64,000 bases of DNA from Candidatus Aminicenantes bacterium (GTDB taxonomy: Bacteria > Acidobacteriota > Aminicenantia > Aminicenantales > JAFGBC01). This document shows, one piece after another, positions 53,686 through 63,999 of the stretch. Position 1 is the first letter of the stretch. Each line of letters begins with the position of its first letter. The translations under genes and the position numbers were made by a program. The stretch is from NCBI GenBank assembly GCA_963702005.1, contig OY969696.1:1440001-1504000 (forward strand), given 5' to 3'. The notes beneath the pieces are model-generated. The model was not told where the DNA came from and ran no database searches. It saw only the letters and a list, made by a program, of their open reading frames with translations.

Positions 53686-54867
53686 ATGAGAATCGCCTTC
53701 GTCGTCCAGCGCTACGGGAAAGAGGTCATGGGCGGCTCCGAGCTCCACTGCCGGATGGTTGCCGAGCGGCTGGTCGCGGCCGGCCACGATTGCACCGTCT
53801 ACACGACGACGGCCAAGGACTACATCACCTGGCGTAACGAGTACGCAGCCGGGCGCTCCGTCTACAACGGGGTCGTCCTCCGCCGCTTCCCGATCGAACG
53901 GGAGAGGGAGATCGTGTCCTTCAACGCCTATTCCGACTGGATCTTCTTCAATCCGCATTCCCGGCAGGACGAACTGGACTGGCTGGACCGCCAAGGCCCG
54001 GTCTGCCCGGCCTTGGTCGATGCCCTGGAACGGGAGGAGAAGGACCACGACCTTTTTATCTTCTTCACCTACCTCTATTACAACACCTACTGGGGATTGA
54101 AACGGGTCCGGGGGGCCAAAGCGCTCGTCCCGACCGCCCACGATGAGCCGGCCCTCCACCTCGACGTCATGAAGGAAGTCTTCGAGCCCCCCCAAGCCTT
54201 CATTTTTAACACCGAAGCCGAGCGTGACATGCTCCACCGGCTCTTTCCCTTCGAAGGCAAATACCAGGATATCGTCGGCGTCGGCGTCGACGTCCCGGCC
54301 AAACTCGACGTCGCCGGTTTCCTCCAGCGGGCCGGCATCCCCGGTCCCTACATCCTGTATGCCGGCCGGATCGAACCCGGCAAGGGCTGCCGCGAGCTCA
54401 TCGATTATTTCCTGCGCTACCACCCGCGTCGGCCGAGCCTCTTCCTGATCCTGATCGGGAACCTGCTGATGGATCTCCCCTTGCATCCCCGGCTCAAGTA
54501 CCTCGGCTTCGTATCCCCCGAGGACAAGAACGCCGCCATGGCGGGGGCTGCGGCCGTCATCCATCCTTCCCACCTCGAGAGCCTGTGCATGGCGGCCCTG
54601 GAATCCATGGCCGTCCGGTCCCCGATTCTGGTCCAGGAGGGGGCCGAGCCCCTCAAGCAGCACTGCCTGAAGGGGCGGAGCGGGCTCTATTACTCGAACG
54701 ACCGGGAATTCGAGGCGGGCCTGGACCTCCTGCTCGGGGACGATCGGCTTCGGAAGGCCTTGGGGGCCAACGGCTACGCCTATGTCCAGGCCAATTATAC
54801 CTGGGCCCAGGTTATCGCCAAGTACGAGAAAGTCATCGATCGCCTGAGGAAAGGCGGTAACGTCTGA
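53686..54867 (+). CDS. Glycosyltransferase family 4 (type A paralogue)
   Basis: [35 protein letters not shown]. Confidence 0.9.
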   Translation: MRIAFVVQRYGKEVMGGSELHCRMVAERLVAAGHDCTVYTTTAKDYITWRNEYAAGRSVYNGVVLRRFPIEREREIVSFNAYSDWIFFNPHSRQDELDWLDRQGPVCPALVDALEREEKDHDLFIFFTYLYYNTYWGLKRVRGAKALVPTAHDEPALHLDVMKEVFEPPQAFIFNTEAERDMLHRLFPFEGKYQDIVGVGVDVPAKLDVAGFLQRAGIPGPYILYAGRIEPGKGCRELIDYFLRYHPRRPSLFLILIGNLLMDLPLHPRLKYLGFVSPEDKNAAMAGAAAVIHPSHLESLCMAALESMAVRSPILVQEGAEPLKQHCLKGRSGLYYSNDREFEAGLDLLLGDDRLRKALGANGYAYVQANYTWAQVIAKYEKVIDRLRKGGNV

Positions 54868-54897
54868 TCGGGCGTCCGTAGGCGGGCCGGAGGCCGA

Positions 54898-55335
54898 TCA
54901 GATGTATTTGCCCATGATGTAGTCCTGGAGGTGTCCGATCGTGATCTTCTGATCGGAAATGATGGCCTTGACGACGTCGCCGATGGAGATCAGCCCCCTG
55001 AGATGATTGTCCTCGATGACAGGCAGGTGACGGATATGTTTTCCCGTCATAAGAGCCATGCATTCTTCGGTCGTCGTTTCCTTCCTCACGCAGAAGACTT
55101 CGGAGGTCATGACATCCCGGATAAGGGTATTCAAGGAACTTCTTTCCTTGAGCACGACCTTGCGCGCGTAATCCCTCTCCGAGAATATACCCACGACCCT
55201 TTCACCGGAAACGACGACGAGGGCTCCAATCCCCTTGACCGCCATAATCTTGAGGGCGTCAAGGACTCGCGCTTCCGGCGCAATCGTCCAGACATCGCGG
55301 CCCTTTTGATCGAGCATGTCTTTAACCGTCCACAT
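54898..55335 (-). CDS. CBS-domain pair protein
   Basis: IGALVV..GIFSERDYARK, IRHLPV, GLISIGDVVK. Confidence 0.9.
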   Translation of the reverse strand: MWTVKDMLDQKGRDVWTIAPEARVLDALKIMAVKGIGALVVVSGERVVGIFSERDYARKVVLKERSSLNTLIRDVMTSEVFCVRKETTTEECMALMTGKHIRHLPVIEDNHLRGLISIGDVVKAIISDQKITIGHLQDYIMGKYI

Positions 55336-55447
55336 CTCTTCTTGCCTCCCTTATTCAATGTAAGCGGGGAGCGGGAGAGTCGGAAGCGAACCCGCGTTAT
55401 CCCCGCGCTTGCCTTTCTTCCGGGGCTCCCGGCCTCGGGGGAAAGCA

Positions 55448-56047
55448 TTAAAATTCATCGGTGCTGACGATTCTCTGGCGGCAGCGGGCGCAGACGTACT
55501 TGATCTGGTCTTCGCGGCGCAGGCGGGCCTTGGGGCGGGAGGCGGGCGGATGATCCCACTGCTCCTGGGCAGACAGAAGGAAGTTGGGATGGGCATAGGC
55601 CTCGGCGCCCAGGCGGTCCTTTATCCAATCGAGATGATCGCGGCAGCCGATGATTTGGCCGCAGCACTCGCAAAGGATGAGATCTTTCTCGATGGTCTCA
55701 TAAACTTCGGGGGCCTTGAGATCGGAAACGGCCAGAGAATATTCGTTCGTGTTCGCGACGCCCCGGCCGGTGATGCATTTTTCTCCGCATTGCCCGCATT
55801 GGATACAGGATCCGAAGTCGATTCGCAACCGGCGTATCCTCCGGGCCGCGTCGTCGCTGACCTCGATCGCCTGGGAGGGGCAGACTTGGGCACAGGCCCC
55901 GCAGCCGACGCAGTCATCCGCGCGGAACCTGGGAAAGCCGCGGTAGGATGGGAAAGTCGCCTTTGGCCCCGCCGGATAACGGGTGGTGAACGGGGCGCTG
56001 AAGAAGGAGGTCAGCGCCTCCTTGATTTCACGGAGCTTAGGCCACAT
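55448..56047 (-). CDS. Membrane-bound hydrogenase 2x[4Fe-4S] subunit (MbhN/NuoI/HycF-like)
   Basis: PFTTRYP, RGFP, CVGCGACAQVCP, CIQCGQCGEKC plus extra CECC and CARC. Confidence 0.88.
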   Translation of the reverse strand: MWPKLREIKEALTSFFSAPFTTRYPAGPKATFPSYRGFPRFRADDCVGCGACAQVCPSQAIEVSDDAARRIRRLRIDFGSCIQCGQCGEKCITGRGVANTNEYSLAVSDLKAPEVYETIEKDLILCECCGQIIGCRDHLDWIKDRLGAEAYAHPNFLLSAQEQWDHPPASRPKARLRREDQIKYVCARCRQRIVSTDEF

Positions 56048-56396
56048 CACGGGGGGGCTCCTCGCGGAGTTCGCGGTCGGATTCGTAAGCGTCGGTGGTG
56101 CTCTCCGGGCAGAGCGGAATCCGGCTGCGGTGGGCGGCCCGGGCGATGGCATGGGCCGCGACGGGCGAAGTCAGGAAGATGAAACCGATGCCGAGCAAAG
56201 CCTTGATCCCGAAGCCGGAAAAACCCTGGAGGATGAAGACGCCGAAGAGCAGGCCGGCCGAACCGAAGGTCACGCACTTGGTGGCGGCCTGGAGCCTGTT
56301 GTAGACATCGGGGAGGCGAATGAGTCCCAGGACGCCCAGGAAATTGAACAGGATGCCGACCCCGACGAAGATCATCCCGATATCCTGCCTAATCAT
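56037..56396 (-). CDS. Mrp/Mbh subunit MnhG (MbhC-like)
   Basis: GLIRLPDVYNRLQAATK, LTSPVAAHAIARAA. Confidence 0.9.
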   Translation of the reverse strand: MIRQDIGMIFVGVGILFNFLGVLGLIRLPDVYNRLQAATKCVTFGSAGLLFGVFILQGFSGFGIKALLGIGFIFLTSPVAAHAIARAAHRSRIPLCPESTTDAYESDRELREEPPRDVA

Positions 56397-56727
56397 CGAG
56401 TCCCCTCCCTTCCAGAATCTTGGCGAAGGCCAGCGACGCCACGAAACTCAACAGAGCCCAGATGAGGGCGATGTCCATGAAAAATCCCTGGCCGTGGGCG
56501 AGGCCGTAGAGGGCCAGGACGCTGATGATCAGGATGCCCAGGATGTCCACGGCGATGACTCGGTCGGCCGGGCTTGGGCCCCGCACGACCCGGTAGAGCA
56601 CGAACAAGGCGCTGAACAGGCTGACGTTGATGAGCTTCACCAGGAGGGGAGCGCTCAGGACGAGGAAGTTGAGATAGGCCAGGGCCGCGAGGACGCCGGT
56701 CCCGACGAGCCAGCGCAATGCTCTCAT
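56389..56727 (-). CDS. Mrp/Mbh subunit MnhF (MbhB-like)
   Basis: RVVRGPSPADRVIAVD, DIALIWALLSF. Confidence 0.9.
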   Translation of the reverse strand: MRALRWLVGTGVLAALAYLNFLVLSAPLLVKLINVSLFSALFVLYRVVRGPSPADRVIAVDILGILIISVLALYGLAHGQGFFMDIALIWALLSFVASLAFAKILEGRGLDD

Positions 56728-57230
56728 TCGAAAACCTCCTTGAGGATCCGTTCGAACTTCCCGCCGATGGCCCGGGTGTTCTCCTCGAGGTCGGTCGAGC
56801 CGACCGTGATGCAGTGGATATAGAGCTCGCCCTTCCCGGGATGGATGTCGATCGTGAACGTTCCCGGAGTCAACGTGATGGAATTCGCCAGGATCGTCAG
56901 CGCCGTGTCTCGGGTCAACCCCGTCTTGATCTTGACGATCCCGGGGCGGATCGGACAGCGGGGATGGAGCACGATGGAGGCGACCTGGAGATTGGCTTTG
57001 ATCATTTCTAAGAAGAACCGGGCGATGTAGCGGACGGCGAACAGGGCCCGGCGGACGCTGCCCCGGCCGCGCGGGAATCCGGCCAGGAATCCTCCGGCGG
57101 CCCAGGAGACGATCAGGGCCGCGGCCACCCCGGCCGCTATTTCCGGCGTGCCCCCGCCGCGCGTCAGGCCCAGCCAGACGAGAAGGGACAGGATGAAAAC
57201 CAGGATCCGACTTTGCATTTTCTTGCTCAT
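56724..57230 (-). CDS. Mrp/Mbh subunit MnhE (MbhA-like)
   Basis: IKANLQVA, PGIV, LANSITLTPGT, LYIH. Confidence 0.9.
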   Translation of the reverse strand: MSKKMQSRILVFILSLLVWLGLTRGGGTPEIAAGVAAALIVSWAAGGFLAGFPRGRGSVRRALFAVRYIARFFLEMIKANLQVASIVLHPRCPIRPGIVKIKTGLTRDTALTILANSITLTPGTFTIDIHPGKGELYIHCITVGSTDLEENTRAIGGKFERILKEVFE

Positions 57231-57234
57231 GGCG

Positions 57235-58710
57235 TCACTTCCCCAGCACCGAAAGAATATACCCTCCCTTGCCCATGATGACATCGACCACGGGGTCGAG
57301 CGTCCATTCGCGGATACCCGGGACGATCATCAGGCTCGTGACCAGGCAGAGCAGGGCGAGGACGGCCATGGCCGCATTCATCCCGCCTCCGACCGGCTCG
57401 ATCAGCGCCCCGACCGGCCGCTCTCCGCGCAGCCCGTATCTTTGGACCTTCATGAAAGAGGCCAGCGTCAGCAAGCTGCCGACCACGGCCAGAAAAGCGA
57501 ACAAGGGACGGCCGGCCTGGACGGCGGCGACGATTATCAGAACCTTGCTGAAAAAGCCGTTGAAGGGTGGAATCCCGGAGATGGACAGGGAGGCGATCAT
57601 CGAAGAATGGGCGGTGATCGGGAGCCGCTTGGTGACGTTCCCCATTTTCCGGAGGTCCCGCGTTCCCAGCGCCATCTCCAGGGCGCCCGCGTTGTAGAAC
57701 AGAAGGGACTTGAACACCGCGTGGTTGAAGAGATGGAAAACGGCCCCGGCCATTCCCAGCGTCGTGTTCAGCCCCATCCCGAGCAGGATGTAGCCGATCT
57801 GACTGATGCTGTGGTAGGCGAGGAGACGCTTGATGTCCCACTGGCCGATAGCCAGCAGAACGCCGAGGATGATCGAGACCGCTCCCAGGACGAGAAAAAC
57901 CTGCAGGAAAAGCGGCGGCGCTCCCAGGACGTTGTAAAAAATACGGATCAGGGTGTAGATACCGAGGGCTTTGATCAGGACGCCGCTCAGCATGGCCGAT
58001 ATGGGCGCCGGGGCCGAGGAGTGGGCGTCGGGAAGCCAGGCATGGAAGGGCATTGCGGCGGCTTTCAAGCCGAATCCGGCCATGAACAGCCCCCCGACCC
58101 AGAGGACGAGGTAGGGGTCCTTGCCGGGAAGGGTCTGGGCGATGGTGGCCATGGTCAGGGAGGAGGTGGCGCTATAGACGACGGCGATGGCCACCAGAAT
58201 AAGCGACGAGGAGATTCCCGCCATGACGGCGTACTTGAAGGCGGCTTCGAATTCGTGGGCCTGACCGCCGTAGGCGACCAGGGCGAAGGCGGCGAACAGG
58301 GCGATCTCCATAAAGACGAAAAGATTGAAAAGGTCGCCGGTGACGATGACGCCGTTCATCCCCGCCACCAGGGTCATGAACAGGGCGTAGTATTTCCAGT
58401 CGGAGGACAGACGGCGGATGTATTTAAGAGAAAAGACCAGGGAGGTCAAGGCGATCAGGCTGACCATGACGAGCATGAACGAGCTGAGGGCGTCCTGGAC
58501 GAGGCAGATTCCGATCGGAATCTTCCAGTCGCTCATGAAGTAGACCAGGGTTTCCCCCCTATGAGCGATGAAGGCGTAGACCGAAACAACCATGAGCGCC
58601 GCCGTCGCCGTCAGCGAGATCGCGGCCGCGACCGTCTCTCTTCGGCCGGAAATGAGAACGATCAAGATGGTCCCAAAAAGAGGAATGATTATGAAATAGG
58701 GGAGGATCAT
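57235..58710 (-). CDS. Mrp/Mbh antiporter-like subunit MnhD (MbhH-like)
   Basis: GDLFNLFVFMEI, KAAAMPFHAWLPDAH..AP, KRLLAYHSISQIGY, HAVFKSLLF, GIPPFNGFFSK. Confidence 0.9.
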   Translation of the reverse strand: MILPYFIIIPLFGTILIVLISGRRETVAAAISLTATAALMVVSVYAFIAHRGETLVYFMSDWKIPIGICLVQDALSSFMLVMVSLIALTSLVFSLKYIRRLSSDWKYYALFMTLVAGMNGVIVTGDLFNLFVFMEIALFAAFALVAYGGQAHEFEAAFKYAVMAGISSSLILVAIAVVYSATSSLTMATIAQTLPGKDPYLVLWVGGLFMAGFGLKAAAMPFHAWLPDAHSSAPAPISAMLSGVLIKALGIYTLIRIFYNVLGAPPLFLQVFLVLGAVSIILGVLLAIGQWDIKRLLAYHSISQIGYILLGMGLNTTLGMAGAVFHLFNHAVFKSLLFYNAGALEMALGTRDLRKMGNVTKRLPITAHSSMIASLSISGIPPFNGFFSKVLIIVAAVQAGRPLFAFLAVVGSLLTLASFMKVQRYGLRGERPVGALIEPVGGGMNAAMAVLALLCLVTSLMIVPGIREWTLDPVVDVIMGKGGYILSVLGK

Positions 58711-59045
58711 CCGACGAGCCTCCTTGTCTTTGAGATGTCAAAAGTCTTATTTTTCTGGTAGAGCCGGAGGGCCAGGGCGACGAGAAGAGCGGTGATCCCC
58801 AGCTCGATGACGATCGAGGTCAGAACGAGCGCCTGGGGGAGAGGGTCGACCATGGCCGTTACTTCCTTACCGGGCTCCAGGATGGGATAGACGGCGTTTC
58901 GGCGGTAGCCGATCAGGACGATGAAGAGGTTGGCTGCGTAGCCCATGATGCCCGAGGCGAGGATGATTTTGATGAGATCGCGTTTGGTCAGGATCCCGTA
59001 GAGGCCGGTTAAAAACAGGGCGAAACAGAGCACGTAGAGCGTCAT
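58707..59045 (-). CDS. Mrp/Mbh subunit MnhC (MbhG-like)
   Basis: DPLPQALVLTSIVI. Confidence 0.9.
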   Translation of the reverse strand: MTLYVLCFALFLTGLYGILTKRDLIKIILASGIMGYAANLFIVLIGYRRNAVYPILEPGKEVTAMVDPLPQALVLTSIVIELGITALLVALALRLYQKNKTFDISKTRRLVG

Positions 59046-59491
59046 TCCTCGGCTCCTTTCTCCGGATCGAATTCGGCCAGGGCCAGGACGGCAAAAAACA
59101 GGGACAGGCCGACTTTGATTCCGATCAGGATGTTGAGGATGGGGATGAGCCCCGCGCTGAACAGGGAGAACAGGGTCCCTTTGGCCAGGACGTTGCGGAG
59201 GAATGCGCCGCCCGCGGCCATGCCCATGAGGCCCGCGGCCAAGAACAGTAGCAAGCTGGAATAATCCAGCCGGCGCAGAAACGGCAGCGGCAGCCACTCT
59301 ATAGTGAAGGCGCGGCCGTAGGCCAGGAGCATGCAGAGAAGCCCGAGGGCCAGGACGACGCCGCCGCCGAATCCTCCCCCCGGGCTGAGGTGTCCGTGAA
59401 AGATGATGTAAATCCCGTAGAGGAAGATCAACCAGACGATAAGGCGGGTCACGGTTTTGACGATGAGGGTCATTCCCGGCGTTCGGCTCAT
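59042..59491 (-). CDS. Mrp/Mbh subunit MnhB (MbhF-like)
   Basis: HGHLSPGGGFGGG, NILIGIKV. Confidence 0.9.
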   Translation of the reverse strand: MSRTPGMTLIVKTVTRLIVWLIFLYGIYIIFHGHLSPGGGFGGGVVLALGLLCMLLAYGRAFTIEWLPLPFLRRLDYSSLLLFLAAGLMGMAAGGAFLRNVLAKGTLFSLFSAGLIPILNILIGIKVGLSLFFAVLALAEFDPEKGAEE

Positions 59492-60035
59492 GATGTCACG
59501 CCTCCTTGTCTACTCCGAGCCCTGACGCGCAGGACGGTCAGGGTTCCCAGGATGGCCGTGAACAGGACCGTGACCTCCCCCAGAGTGTCGTAGGCCCGGT
59601 AGTCGAGGACGATGGCCGCGACCAGGTTTGCGGCGCCGACTTCGGCCGCCCCGGACTCCAGGTAATGCCGGGAGACGCTCATAAGGGGCTGGCCGAAGGG
59701 GGGAGCAGGCGGAAGACCCTGACGCTCAATACCAGGATGGCCGCCAGGCCCAGTACGGTGAAACCCAGGATCCAGCGGCCGGATTTGGAGGGCTCCAGGA
59801 CGTGAGCGTCTTTCCGGATGAAGGCTCGGACGAGGAGAATGAGGGCGAAGATCTCGAATAGGAATTGGACGATGGCCAGGTCCGGAGCCTGGAGGAAAAT
59901 AAAGGAGACCGAGACGGCCAACCCGACGACGCCGACCGCCACGATGGATGAGAGAATATCCTTGATCTCCAGGGCGACGATCGACGCCACGATCATAAAC
60001 GCCAAGAGACAAATCAGCCAGGTATCGATGGGCAT
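59488..60035 (-). pseudogene. Fused MbhD/MbhE-like subunit interrupted by a 1-nt deletion near 59698-59703 (true pseudogene or sequencing error)
   Basis: QAPDLAIVQ in one frame; NLVAAIVLDYRAYDTLGE in another; the switch falls in a C6 run; span is 3n-1. Confidence 0.75.
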
Positions 60036-60107
60036 GAATCCCTCCCCGCCGGCGGTTGTATCCGCCGAGGAATAGTCGGAGCTGTGTCCGGCATGTTCGT
60101 TCGGTCC

Positions 60108-61914
60108 TCACTGGATTAGGAGCATGAACAGAACGAGGCCAAAGACGATGAAGAGAATATACAGGGGCAACAGTCCGGACTGGACCTTCTGGAGAAGCCG
60201 GGACAGTCCGAAGGTCGCCCCGCTGCCGACGTGATAGATGTCGAAGATTTTCTTATGGGCCAGGCTGAAAACGCTCCGCAACGGACGCATCTCGACGATT
60301 TCCTTGTAGAACTCGGTCCCGGTCACGCGGAACTGCTCATCCGGGGCGTGCCCGCCCAGGTAGACTTCGTCAAAGCGGGGCTTTCTGACCAACAAGAAGA
60401 GCAATAGCCCGAGAATCAAGGGCAGGGCGAGGAGGATCAGGATGAGCTGCGGGCTGTAAAGACCAATCGCTCTGGCGGCCGCGAAGCCGCTCTCCTCGGC
60501 GGCGGGGCCGATCAGCAGCCGGAGGGGGATCTCTCGGGCAAACAGCCCGAAGCCCAGGCAGAGCAGAGCCAGGACGCCCGTTGTGAGCCACTGGTTGAAG
60601 GACGCCTCCTTGACGCTTTCCAAACGGCGGGGCCGCTTCCCCAAGAACACGGAATGGATGAACATGATCAAGGTGGCCAGGGTCAAAGCGCTTCCAAAAA
60701 TGGCCAGAATAAGACAGGCCAGCAGCCAGATTTGGTATCCGGGCGGGAGTCCGGCCGCCTTCTCCAGAAGCCCTTGATAGATCATCCATTTGGAGAAGAA
60801 GCCGTTGAAGGGCGGGATCCCGGAAATGGCCAGGGCCCCCACCAGCGCTGCGGCGAACGTCATGGGCATCGTTTTGCCCAATCCTCCCAGATCGTCGAGT
60901 TCGTTCGTCCCCGCGCGTTTTTCCACCGAGCCGAGAACGAGGAAGAGATTGGACTTGTAAAGGGTGTGGTTGATGAGGTGGAAAAGCCCTCCCAGGAAAG
61001 CCAGGGCCGAACCGCTGGCGATGCCCATGATCATGTAGCCGACCTGGCTGACGGCATCGTAGCCCAAAAGGCGGCGGCCGTTGCGCTGGACCAGGGCCAT
61101 CATGACCGCGGTGATGACCGTCAAAGCCCCCAGCGTGATGATGATCATCCGAACCAGAAGGCCGACCTCGAAAAAGACCGTCATCATCCGGACCAACAGA
61201 TAGATGCCCAGGATCTTGTCCAGGGAGGCGGGGAGGAAGGCCACCGCTTCCACCGGGGCATCCTTGGAGAAATCCGGAACCCAGGTGTGCAGGGGGAAGC
61301 CCCCGGCCTTGGCCAGGGCCGCGATCAGGAGAAAGAGGAAGGCCAGCCAGGCGTATGCTCCGTCAAGCCCGATCGGAGGATGATCCAGCGACCAGCCGGA
61401 CTTCATCCCGATCATGGCCAGGCCCAGGAGCAAAAAGGCGTCGCTCCCCCCGACGATGATGAATGTTTTTTTGGCCGTTCCCGGCGCCTCCTTCCCCCGG
61501 CCGAGCAGGGCGAACCAATAGAGCGCCAAGCCGGATAATCCCCAGAACACAAGCAGACTCATGGCGTGCCGGCTTAAAACGACGCCGCAGCAGAATGGAA
61601 ACGGTCAAAGGATAGAGGACGAGAAAAACCTTCTCGGTTCCGGCGTCCAGGCCTTTAAGGCAGAACAGGAATATAATGAGACTCAGGACGTGGATGGCGA
61701 TGAGGCAGAGAAAGCCGAGCTTGTCCAGGGCCAGCGCATTCCGGCCGAGAATCTCGAAGGCCGGTGGGGCGGCGCCCGCGATCCGAATCGTCCAGACCAG
61801 GCCCAGGACGAGCGAGAGCCCGGTCAGGAGCTTTCGGAGGACAACCGGCAGGATCCCGTTGAGCAACGCCGCGACCAGAGGGGTGATGATGATGAGGAGC
61901 AGCGGATTAGCCAT
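60108..61914 (-). pseudogene. Second antiporter-like subunit (NuoL/MbxH'-like) interrupted by a 1-nt insertion near 61596 (true pseudogene or sequencing error)
   Basis: Hydrophobic N-terminus ...VLYPLTVS continues as FCCGVVLSRH...KAGGFPLHTWVPD, HTLYKS, GIPPFNGFFSK in the adjacent frame; span is 3n+1. Confidence 0.75.
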
Positions 61915-63091
61915 GGATCTCCCTCCTCAGGCGTTCGGTCTTGCGGCGCGACAGCTCGACCAAGTTGACGGCGCGGGGCCTTTTTTTCCGGTCGACGACG
62001 TGGATGGCCCGTTCGGTGCAGCAGTAGCAGGGGTCGATTGAGGCCAGGGTGATCAGGGCGTCGGCCAGCGGAATCCCCTTGCAGGAGACGGCGCAGGTCG
62101 GGATGTTCATGTAGCTCGGAGCCCGGACCTTATGCCGGACGGGACGGTTGGAGCCGTCGGTCCGGACGTAGTGAAACACTTCGCCCCGGGGGGCTTCATA
62201 ACGGCCGATGCCCTCCCCGGCGGGGATTTCTTTGACGTCGTTGAGAATCGGCCCCGGCTCGGTCTTGAGCTTGTCAAGGCACTGGCGGACGATCTTGATG
62301 GATTCGAACGTCTCCAGGACCCGGACCACCAGCTTGTCGTAGACGTCGCCGTTGGGGAGGACGATGGCCTTGAAATCGACCCAGCCGTAGGCGTCCTTGG
62401 GTTCATCCTTGCGGACGTCGATCGCCACCCCGGACGCCCGGGCGGTGGGCCCGACGGCGCAGGCGTCGACCGCGGCCTGCCGGCTCAGAACGCCCACGCC
62501 CTTCAGGCGCGAGTGGAGGACGGGGTCGTCGGCCGCGGCTTTGGCCAGCATGGCCATTTTGCCCTCGACCCTGTCGAGGACGGCGGCCAGCCCCGGGATG
62601 ACATCGGCGGGGACGTCGCGCGAGACCCCCCCGACCCGCATGATCCCGTAGTGATTGCGGTTGCCGGAGACGACCTCGAACATGTCCAAGACGGACTCCC
62701 GGTATTTCCAGGCCCACATCCATAGGGTGTCATAGCCGATGAAATGCCCGGCCAGTCCCAGCCAGAGCAGATGGCTGTGGATGCGCTCCAGCTCCCCGAC
62801 CAGAGTCCGGATGTAGGCCGCCCGGGCGGGAACGTCCGTCCGGGCGACGTCCTCGACGGCGTGGACGAAGGCGAGCGGATGGGAGGTCGAGCAGATCCCG
62901 CAGATCCGTTCGACGAGGAAGATGGACTGCGTAAAGGTCTTGCGCTCGGAGATGAATTCATGGCCCCGGTGCATGTAGCCGATGTCCACCTCGACATCGG
63001 TCACGGTTTCGCCGTCGACGGTCAACTTGAAATATTCCGCTTCCTCCAGCAGCGGGTGGAAGGGACCGACCGGGATGACGTTCTTGGTCAC
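61907..63091 (-). CDS. Group 4 [NiFe]-hydrogenase large subunit (MbhL-like)
   Basis: GPFHP, GYMHRG.E, L1 ERICGICSTSH, EAPRGE, L2 DPCYCCTER plus C-terminal extension; GTG start. Confidence 0.9.
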   Translation of the reverse strand: MTKNVIPVGPFHPLLEEAEYFKLTVDGETVTDVEVDIGYMHRGHEFISERKTFTQSIFLVERICGICSTSHPLAFVHAVEDVARTDVPARAAYIRTLVGELERIHSHLLWLGLAGHFIGYDTLWMWAWKYRESVLDMFEVVSGNRNHYGIMRVGGVSRDVPADVIPGLAAVLDRVEGKMAMLAKAAADDPVLHSRLKGVGVLSRQAAVDACAVGPTARASGVAIDVRKDEPKDAYGWVDFKAIVLPNGDVYDKLVVRVLETFESIKIVRQCLDKLKTEPGPILNDVKEIPAGEGIGRYEAPRGEVFHYVRTDGSNRPVRHKVRAPSYMNIPTCAVSCKGIPLADALITLASIDPCYCCTERAIHVVDRKKRPRAVNLVELSRRKTERLRREIHG

Positions 63092-63519
63092 GGCTGCCTC
63101 CTCAGGCGCAAGGGCCGATCCAGGCGGCCTGGATGGCGGCGGGTCAGGAGTTTCTCCGGCCGCGGATGCCCTTCGAAGCGGATTCCCCAAAGCTCGGCCA
63201 TCTCCCGCTCGATCCACTCGGCGGCCGGGACGATGGGAGTGATCGAGGTCACTCGCGGGGCGTTCTTGTCGGTGATGATGACCCTCGGGCAGTAGTACTG
63301 GCCGGTCGCGTCATGGGAGAAATGATAGAGAACCTCCAGGCCGTGGAACATTTCCATGGCCGTCGCCGTCGAGAGCCGACAGCCCATCGTCCGGAAGAGG
63401 TAACGGGAGACCTCGGACAGCTGTTCGTCCGCCACTTCGAAATAAAGCCGTCCTTTTTTGTCGATGATCGAGCCGATCCTGTTCCTCATGGCCTCCAGGA
63501 ACTGTTTTTTATCAACCAC
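63088..63519 (-). CDS. MbhK/NuoC-like subunit
   Basis: EVLYHF, SIT...AAEWIERE.AELWGIRFEGHP. Confidence 0.88.
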   Translation of the reverse strand: MVDKKQFLEAMRNRIGSIIDKKGRLYFEVADEQLSEVSRYLFRTMGCRLSTATAMEMFHGLEVLYHFSHDATGQYYCPRVIITDKNAPRVTSITPIVPAAEWIEREMAELWGIRFEGHPRPEKLLTRRHPGRLDRPLRLRRQP

Positions 63520-63931
63520 GGAGCACTCCGATCAGCCGGACGATTCCGTCGATCATCGCCTCGGGCTTGGGCGGGCAACCCGGGATGTAGAGATCGAACG
63601 GGATGATCTCTTCCCGGCGGGGGACGATATTGTAGCTCTCCTTGAAGCAGCATCCCGAGGTCGGGCAGGTCCCGACCCCGACCACGAAGACCGGCCGAGG
63701 GGCCTGCTCATAGAGCCGGCGGATGTAGGGGGCGACTTTTTGGTTGATGACGCCCGAGACCAGAAAGACATCGGCCTGCCGGACCGAGCCGACCAGCTTG
63801 ATCCCGAAGCGCTCGACGTCGTAGCGGGGCGTCAGGAGATCCAGGATCTCGATGTCGCAGTTGTTGCAGGGCGAGGCGCTGACGTGGAAGACCCAGAGGG
63901 ATTTGGCTAAACGTTTGTTGTACCATCCCAT
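63512..63931 (-). CDS. [NiFe]-hydrogenase small subunit (MbhJ/NuoB-like)
   Basis: CNNCDIE, YDVERFG, GTC, YIPGCPP. Confidence 0.92.
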   Translation of the reverse strand: MGWYNKRLAKSLWVFHVSASPCNNCDIEILDLLTPRYDVERFGIKLVGSVRQADVFLVSGVINQKVAPYIRRLYEQAPRPVFVVGVGTCPTSGCCFKESYNIVPRREEIIPFDLYIPGCPPKPEAMIDGIVRLIGVLRG

Positions 63932-63933
63932 GT

Positions 63934-63999
63934 CTAAACTCCTAGTACGGCCAGGACGACGGCCGCCAAGGCCAGCGGGGCGGCGAGCTTCCAGAAGAA
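63934..63999 (-). CDS. C-terminus of a membrane subunit, probably MbhM/NuoH-like (5' end outside window)
   Basis: FFWKLAAPLALAAVVLAVLGV* resembles NuoH C-termini; lies directly upstream of the small subunit. Confidence 0.6.
   Translation of the reverse strand, partial: FFWKLAAPLALAAVVLAVLGV

Noticed and set aside
406-63926. Many long antisense or overlapping ORFs (e.g. 8673-10760, 37543-38913, 45691-47226, 50227-52590, 57148-58761)
   Set aside because: Shadows of real genes caused by high GC and codon bias; no motifs and biased composition
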